A DNA stretch of 64,000 nt from Escherichia phage EcS1. Shown piece by piece: positions 58,255-64,000 of the stretch. Within the stretch, counting starts at the first letter, position 1; each line of letters begins with the position of its first letter. The notes below the pieces were generated by a model that had not been told where the DNA came from, did no database searches, and saw only the letters and a program-made list of their open reading frames with translations. A program made the translations under genes and the position numbers. The DNA is taken from the sequence record NC_055721.1; one strand, given 5' to 3'.

Positions 58255-58519
58255 ACAGTTCAACAACCTCTTCTTTCTCAGATTCAAAACGATCACGTGT
58301 ACCTTTGTGATGCAGAGAGAACACTTGGCCAAACATTTTACCGTCTACACCAAGTTCTTTCTTAGCTCGAGTTTTGATTTCTTTAATTTGGTCGCCATAA
58401 GCTTCCATTTTCAATTTAATATCAGAAGCTTCTTTAACCATTTTAGCCAAGTCAGCACCATGGACAGCTTCGTCAAATTCAACTTTAAATTCTTTCTTTT
58501 CTTTAACTTCTTTAGACAT
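58229..58519 (-). CDS. dsbA: Double-stranded DNA-binding protein DsbA
   Basis: 96 aa basic protein between 33 and rnh as in T4. Confidence 0.6.
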   Translation of the reverse strand: MSKEVKEKKEFKVEFDEAVHGADLAKMVKEASDIKLKMEAYGDQIKEIKTRAKKELGVDGKMFGQVFSLHHKGTRDRFESEKEEVVELYDSIFPAK

Positions 58520-58527
58520 TATTCACC

Positions 58528-59469
58528 TCAAAAATCATTCAGATTATTCATTAATTTAGATAGACCAGATTTCACGAAGTAAGAATAAATTCGTGAACGT
58601 GGTGGGACCTTGTAGCTATTATAACGTTCCATAATTAAAGCTTTAATGTCAGGACGAATGAAATCCATATCGATAAGAATACGGTTTTCTTTAAATCGTT
58701 CGAACTGAACAGGAGTCAATAGAGATTCAATTTTTTCTAAGTCATAATAATGTTCAGCGATATCTTCAAGTTCTTTTTGCTTAGTAGGAGGAGTACGTTC
58801 ACCTTCCACTTTAGTCAACCAGAAATCACCACGAACTTTGATACTTGCGACGTTATCTTTCTTATCGCCTTTAACTACTTTAGTTACACAATCGAGTAAT
58901 GGAGAACCAGTTTTAGATTTTACCCATTTCTTGAACATTGGTGCCCATTGCTTCAGATTAGGCAATTTATGTAACTGAGTGAAGTCACCATCTGATGAAC
59001 AAACTACAACTGGATGGCCAAGGAAAGTCAAATATTGAGACAAGATAGCAATATGATCATCAGCCTCTATTGTGTCAATATTCATGACAATATAAGGCAT
59101 ATATTTTTCAAGTTCATCAACTACTATATGTAGAGCTTCAAATAAACCAGCCCAATCAAACATGGACTCTTCACGGTCCAATGCGCGGTTTTTCTTATAG
59201 TAGTGAGCTTCTTGACGGCGCCAATACCCTGATTTAGAGTTATCAACACACACAATAAGATGTTCATAGCCTTGTTTACGGAACATCATTTTATTCTTAC
59301 GCATAGATTGCAGAACTAAATGACGTAACATAGGAACAGTTACTTTTGGAAATTTATTAGCTTCACCAAATTCAGTGAATGCAGCAGCCATAATAATCTG
59401 ACTGAAGTCCATAAGGACAAAACCTTCTTTAGGACGATCTTCTTCAGGAAGTAAAAAATCTAAACTCAT
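58528..59469 (-). CDS. rnh: RNase H (5-prime to 3-prime exonuclease / flap endonuclease)
   Basis: 313 aa; SGYWRR, YYKKNR, REES, MPYIVM.ID, EADDHIA, SSDGDFTQLHK, KGDKKDNVASVKVR, RVEGERTP, LPPR..IYSYFVK.GLSKL match recalled T4 RNase H. Confidence 0.95.
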   Translation of the reverse strand: MSLDFLLPEEDRPKEGFVLMDFSQIIMAAAFTEFGEANKFPKVTVPMLRHLVLQSMRKNKMMFRKQGYEHLIVCVDNSKSGYWRRQEAHYYKKNRALDREESMFDWAGLFEALHIVVDELEKYMPYIVMNIDTIEADDHIAILSQYLTFLGHPVVVCSSDGDFTQLHKLPNLKQWAPMFKKWVKSKTGSPLLDCVTKVVKGDKKDNVASIKVRGDFWLTKVEGERTPPTKQKELEDIAEHYYDLEKIESLLTPVQFERFKENRILIDMDFIRPDIKALIMERYNSYKVPPRSRIYSYFVKSGLSKLMNNLNDF

Positions 59470-59530
59470 TTCAATGAACCCTGTTCAATTAGTCAACTCA
59501 GTTATTCTAACATGTCATATGGACAGCGTT

Positions 59531-59538
59531 TATAAATA
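59531..59538 (+). promoter_or_regulatory. Late promoter TATAAATA upstream of gene 34
   Basis: Perfect box 32 nt before ATG. Confidence 0.6.
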
Positions 59539-59569
59539 ACTCTATACTCTAGACCTAAGGAAAATTAAT

Positions 59570-62500
59570 ATGGCCGATATTTTAAAACCTGCTTTCCGTG
59601 CCACATCCGGCCTTGATGCAGGTGGCGATAAAGTTATCAACGTTGCGAAAGCTGATTTCGACGTTTTAAGTGATGGTGTTAACGTTGATTTCTTCATTGA
59701 AGAAAACACCATCCAAGAATATATTGAAACACGTGCATACCGTCAAAACTTTGCTGTTATGTTTGATGGACGTATCTGGACTGCTAAAGCTGATATTGCT
59801 TCACCTTCAGGGCCATTCCAAGAAGCACGTTGGACTGCATTACGTACTGACCCAAAATGGAAATATGTTACTTCAGGGGCGAACAATGCTCTTAATTCAG
59901 GCGATACCATTTCTGTTACTACTGAATTAGGCGATGTTGGATTCATTTTACCAAATGATCCACAAGATGGCGACACCATTGTAATTAAAGATGTCGGTGC
60001 GAAGGTTGGTTACAATTCACTTAAAGTAAAAGTATCAAACCAACAGATCGTTAATTTAGGTAACAAAGTAAATGAACTTCTGATTACCAAACCACGTTCA
60101 GAAAACGTGTTTATTTTTAGTAATCGTTTATGGTATTTTTATGCTGCTGAAGAAAGTATTCATGCAACTCAAATCACTGTAGCAAATAACGAATATCGTG
60201 CATCGGCTAGTGAACGTATCTTCCGTACTCACTCAGCGCCAGGTGCAATCATTGTTGTTCTGCCTAAATACGCAAACAATGGTGATATCATTTATTTCAC
60301 TGACCTTGATGGGTTAGCTCCGTTACAACATTTAATTGTTAAGACATTTGATAACACTTCAAGTATTGGTAAAGCTGGACAATATCAGATTGAATCACGT
60401 ACTTCGGCCGATGGCTTAGTTATCTACGATGCATCTACTAAAGTATGGAAGATTTGGGACGGCGATATCAGACAACGTCTTCGTATTATTCGTGATGACG
60501 TAAATCTGTTAGCCAATGAAAGTGTCATGGTTTTTGGTGTTAATAACTCAGTTCAAAAAACAATTAACATTAAATTACCTGCTGGCGTTGCGATCGGTGA
60601 TAAAGAACGTATCGCAATGAACTATATGCGTAAAGGTCAGAAAGTAATTATTACCGCTGCAACTGGCGATAAAATTGCTACTTCTAAAACTTTGCTTCAG
60701 TTCCCTAAACGTTCTCAGTATCCACCTGATGTTGAATGGGTTAAAGTCGATTCATTAGAATTTGATGGTACCATTGATTATGTTCCTATTATGGAATTAT
60801 CTTATGTGGAAGATGGTGCTGAAAAGTATTGGGTTGTTTCTACTAATGATCCGACAGTAGAACGTGTTGATGCAACTAGTGATGCTAATAGACAACGTTT
60901 AGGTGTTATTGCTCTGGCAAGCCAGGCGCAAGCTAATGCGAACCATGAACAGACTCCTGAAAAAGAATTAGCTATTACTCCAGAGACTTTAGCTAACAGA
61001 ACAGCTACTGAAACTCGTCGTGGTATAGCACGTGTAGCAACAACAGCTGAAGTTAATAAATTAACGACTGACACTTATGCTGATGATACTATTATTACAC
61101 CTAGAAAGTTAAATGAACGTTCAGCTACTGAAACTCGTCGTGGACTTGCTGAAATTGCAACTCAGCCTGAAACTAATGCCGGAACAGATGATACAGTCAT
61201 TATAACGCCGAAAAAACTAGAAGCACGTCGTGCAACTGAAACTATGGCTGGTATTGCGCCTTTAGTTGTTTCAGGTGGTATTCCAGGTATTGACCGTGAT
61301 ACTGTAGGAACTGGCATTTACGAACGTACTGAACATACTCGTCAAGTAACGCCTAAGACCTTGTTTGAAAATAAGGCTACTCAGACGGCGCAAGGTGGTG
61401 TTTGGATGGCAACTGGCAATGAAACTATTGCTGGGGTAGTTGATACTCCTGCGATGCCTCTAGCTGTGTCTCCTGAACAACTACATAAAAAGACTGCTAC
61501 TGAAACTCGTATTGGTTTTACCGAAATTGCTACACAACCGGAAACTGATGCTGGGACTGATGACTTCAGATTCATTACGCCTAAGAAATTAAATAACCGT
61601 AATGCTACCGAAACTTTGACAGGTATATCGCGTGTCGCGACACAAGTGGAATTTGATGCTGGTACTTTAGATAATGTTATTTCAACTCCGTTGAAAATTA
61701 AAACTAGATTTAATGATACCGCTCGTACTTCTGTTATCCCAGCCAGTGGTTTAACTGAATCAGGAACTCTCTGGAACCATTATACACTGGATATTCGAGA
61801 AGCATCTGAAACACAACGTGGTACAGCTCGTTTAGCGACTCAACTTGAAGTAAATACTGGTACAGATGATAAAACAATTGTTACTCCTTTAAAACTTCAT
61901 AGCAAAAAAGCTACTGAATCTTCTGAAGGTATTATCCAAGTAGCAACTCAGGCTGAAACAGTTACAGGCACATCTCCAACTAAAGCAATATCGCCTAAGA
62001 ACTTCAAATATGTTGTTCAACAAGAAACGACTTGGGAAGCAAGTCCAACCACTCGTGGTTTTGTTAAGATTTCTGAAAATGCTATTACTTGGGTAGGTAA
62101 TAATACAGCTGGGTCTACTAAACCATTAGACCAATATGTGAAATCTGGGTATGCTATTTCTCCATATGAGTTGAATAAAACTCTGGCTAATTATTTGCCA
62201 TTAATGGCTCAAGCTGAAGATTCACGTAATTTAGATGGACTTGATTCACTTCAATTCATCCGTCGTGATATCGACCAAACTGTGAATGGCAAATTAACTC
62301 TGACCAAAGAGTTAGTGACTTCTGCTGCTATTACTTCAACTGCCGCTGCAACATTTGATTCAGTATTAAGTATCAAAACAGTGACAATTGGTAATAATAC
62401 AGGTAATGCTATTTTCAATATGGCTGGGACCACGAACCCATGGGCTATTTCTGCATTATCATCTAAAGATACTATTGAATTCAAGTCTGGTACTTCAGCT

Positions 62501-63346
62501 AATGCTTTAGTATTGAATAAGAATGGTGATACAACAATTGCTGGACAAATTACTGCACCGAATATCAATATAACTTCAGCATATAAAATGAATGGTGTTA
62601 ACATCATTGCTGCTGAAACAATTGGTTCAACTCCAGTAGTTGCAATTGGTTCGACTACCCAAAAGATGGCTGTTAAAAGTGTTGATGCTGCTAATATCGA
62701 TGTATACGATAAAGACTCACCATCTGCGCCGTATAAGATATTAACATCTAAAAATGCTGTGGATATTGTAGGTCAAAACTTCGTTAAGAAGATTGGCGAT
62801 ACAATGTCTGGACGTTTAACTATTAATGCCGCGATGTCTGTTATCATGGACCAAGACAAAGCTATGGGTGCATTGACTGCCGAAACAATAGGTACTTGGT
62901 CAACCGAAATAACTAAACAAGCATTGTATAACACTTTGCCTGGTTATGTCGTTCCAGTATTTGTTAAAGATGACCAAGGACAAAGCACTCCTATTGTAGA
63001 AAGTTATACCGAAGTTAAGTCAATCGGTACAATGTCTCAATTTGGTGTATCGTCAGCTTACACGTATCGTATTTGGACTCCTCGTCCTCAAACGGTTCAA
63101 GCTAACCATAGTCCAGTTTCAATGTATACTCAGATTTGGGATTCAGCTCGTAACGTATGGGGTCAATGGTCTCGTATGTTCACCTCTGAAGCGCCTCCAA
63201 CGGCTGCTGACATTGGTGCTGTTTCTACTGCTGGTTCTGCATTCGATAACCTGACAATACATAAGTGGCTTCAGATTGGCAATGTTCGTATTGAGCCAGA
63301 TGATGTTACTCGTACAGTTAAATTCACTTGGATTGATACTCCATAA
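59570..63346 (+). CDS. 34: Long tail fibre proximal subunit gp34
   Basis: 1258 aa; GLDAGGDK, SNRLW, MNYMRKGQ, YWVV, PTVERVD, RLGVIALA.QAQAN, ELAITPETLANRTATETRRGIAR, SPYELN..LANYLPL, LDGLDS.QFIRRDI.QTVNG.LTLT match recalled T4 gp34; TATAAATA upstream. Confidence 0.95.
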   Translation: MADILKPAFRATSGLDAGGDKVINVAKADFDVLSDGVNVDFFIEENTIQEYIETRAYRQNFAVMFDGRIWTAKADIASPSGPFQEARWTALRTDPKWKYVTSGANNALNSGDTISVTTELGDVGFILPNDPQDGDTIVIKDVGAKVGYNSLKVKVSNQQIVNLGNKVNELLITKPRSENVFIFSNRLWYFYAAEESIHATQITVANNEYRASASERIFRTHSAPGAIIVVLPKYANNGDIIYFTDLDGLAPLQHLIVKTFDNTSSIGKAGQYQIESRTSADGLVIYDASTKVWKIWDGDIRQRLRIIRDDVNLLANESVMVFGVNNSVQKTINIKLPAGVAIGDKERIAMNYMRKGQKVIITAATGDKIATSKTLLQFPKRSQYPPDVEWVKVDSLEFDGTIDYVPIMELSYVEDGAEKYWVVSTNDPTVERVDATSDANRQRLGVIALASQAQANANHEQTPEKELAITPETLANRTATETRRGIARVATTAEVNKLTTDTYADDTIITPRKLNERSATETRRGLAEIATQPETNAGTDDTVIITPKKLEARRATETMAGIAPLVVSGGIPGIDRDTVGTGIYERTEHTRQVTPKTLFENKATQTAQGGVWMATGNETIAGVVDTPAMPLAVSPEQLHKKTATETRIGFTEIATQPETDAGTDDFRFITPKKLNNRNATETLTGISRVATQVEFDAGTLDNVISTPLKIKTRFNDTARTSVIPASGLTESGTLWNHYTLDIREASETQRGTARLATQLEVNTGTDDKTIVTPLKLHSKKATESSEGIIQVATQAETVTGTSPTKAISPKNFKYVVQQETTWEASPTTRGFVKISENAITWVGNNTAGSTKPLDQYVKSGYAISPYELNKTLANYLPLMAQAEDSRNLDGLDSLQFIRRDIDQTVNGKLTLTKELVTSAAITSTAAATFDSVLSIKTVTIGNNTGNAIFNMAGTTNPWAISALSSKDTIEFKSGTSANALVLNKNGDTTIAGQITAPNINITSAYKMNGVNIIAAETIGSTPVVAIGSTTQKMAVKSVDAANIDVYDKDSPSAPYKILTSKNAVDIVGQNFVKKIGDTMSGRLTINAAMSVIMDQDKAMGALTAETIGTWSTEITKQALYNTLPGYVVPVFVKDDQGQSTPIVESYTEVKSIGTMSQFGVSSAYTYRIWTPRPQTVQANHSPVSMYTQIWDSARNVWGQWSRMFTSEAPPTAADIGAVSTAGSAFDNLTIHKWLQIGNVRIEPDDVTRTVKFTWIDTP
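60950..62000 (+). repeat. Imperfect peptide repeats in gp34 (TP..L..R.ATE...G.A..ATQ.E.NAGTDD)
   Basis: At least six copies read in the translation. Confidence 0.7.
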
Positions 63347-63354
63347 GAGGTATT

Positions 63355-64000
63355 ATGTCTAATATTATGGCTGGTTTCGGTAATGGATTTGTCGAAACCC
63401 AAATCATATCAGAAAATAATGCTGTAAGATATAAACTGTCAATAGCGGCCGGACTTAAAAAGTCCGTGCCTGCTATAGGTTATGTTTTATTGCAAGATAA
63501 ACCGTTAGGCCCGCAAGAGAGTCCTCCTGGATTAACCGTTAGAGAATTTAATGTTGCAACAAATACAATTGCATCATCTAAATTATTTGAATTTAAAAAT
63601 GGTGAAGCAGGCGGAGCTTCTCAAGCATTTGTGGATTATATTACGGCCTTATCTTCTAAACCTAATGTAATTGTTATTCTTACATCAGGTGATAGATTAT
63701 ATTCTAATGCGGCAATTGATACATGGTTTTTAAATGCATCAGCAACAAGTTGGCCAGGCACATGGAGGTGTTCTAAATTCCCATGCTCTTACGTTGCTTT
63801 TTATTCTCCACTTTATAAAAAGATAGTTCAAGAACATGCTACTTATAGCGATGATATTTTAAGACAGGAAGATGTCAGAGCTCAATTAGAAATTGTTTAT
63901 GATAAGTTCAATGATATAGGCGCTACTGGATTTTCTAAACGTTCTATAGAAGACCCTACTGAATATTCAAGTAGCACTGAGTTTGACTTTGTACGATATC
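63355..64000 (+). CDS. 35: Long tail fibre hinge connector gp35, 3-prime partial (runs off window)
   Basis: Hand-translated MSNIMAGFGNGFVETQIISENNAVRYKLSIAAG...VIVILTSG...SYVAFYSP...DIGATGF resembles recalled T4 gp35; no stop before window end. Confidence 0.7.
   Translation, partial: MSNIMAGFGNGFVETQIISENNAVRYKLSIAAGLKKSVPAIGYVLLQDKPLGPQESPPGLTVREFNVATNTIASSKLFEFKNGEAGGASQAFVDYITALSSKPNVIVILTSGDRLYSNAAIDTWFLNASATSWPGTWRCSKFPCSYVAFYSPLYKKIVQEHATYSDDILRQEDVRAQLEIVYDKFNDIGATGFSKRSIEDPTEYSSSTEFDFVRY

Overview
This window is a contiguous segment of a T4-like (Tevenvirinae-type) myovirus genome, co-linear with the T4 map from wac to gene 35. Positions 1-16036 and 17787-30385 carry the late structural module mostly on the + strand (wac partial, 13, 14, 15, 16, 17, 18, 19, 20, 67, 68, 21, 22, 23, 24, hoc, then baseplate hub genes 51, 27, 28, 29, 48, 54), interrupted by minus-strand rnlB, uvsY, 25, 26 and plus-strand uvsW. 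Positions 30418-59469 are a long minus-strand early/middle module (alt, 30, 30.x ORFs, rIII-like, 31, cd, pseT, spanins, alc-like, rnlA, denA, nrdB, nrdA, td, frd, 32, 59, 33, dsbA, rnh), followed by + strand tail-fibre genes 34 and 35 (partial). Identifications rest on my recall of T4 protein sequences and motifs read from the ORF track; no database search was run. Non-coding signals include perfect TATAAATA late-promoter boxes before several + strand genes, sigma70-like TTTACA-17-TAAGAT/TATTAT early promoters on the minus strand, and many GC-clamped hairpins with TTCG/CGAA loops acting as terminators or intercistronic elements. Features that depart from the T4 layout as I recall it are: a full-length AroG-like DAHP synthase between cd and pseT; a second protein carrying the Hoc capsid-anchor domain fused to a Big_2 domain next to hoc; six tandem foldon-like repeats at the fibritin C-terminus; a free-standing I-TevI-like GIY-YIG endonuclease antisense between nrdA and an intronless td; a tandem paralog pair between td and frd; and a 320-bp ORF-free stretch beside rIII. 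No tRNA, rRNA or CRISPR array was found.
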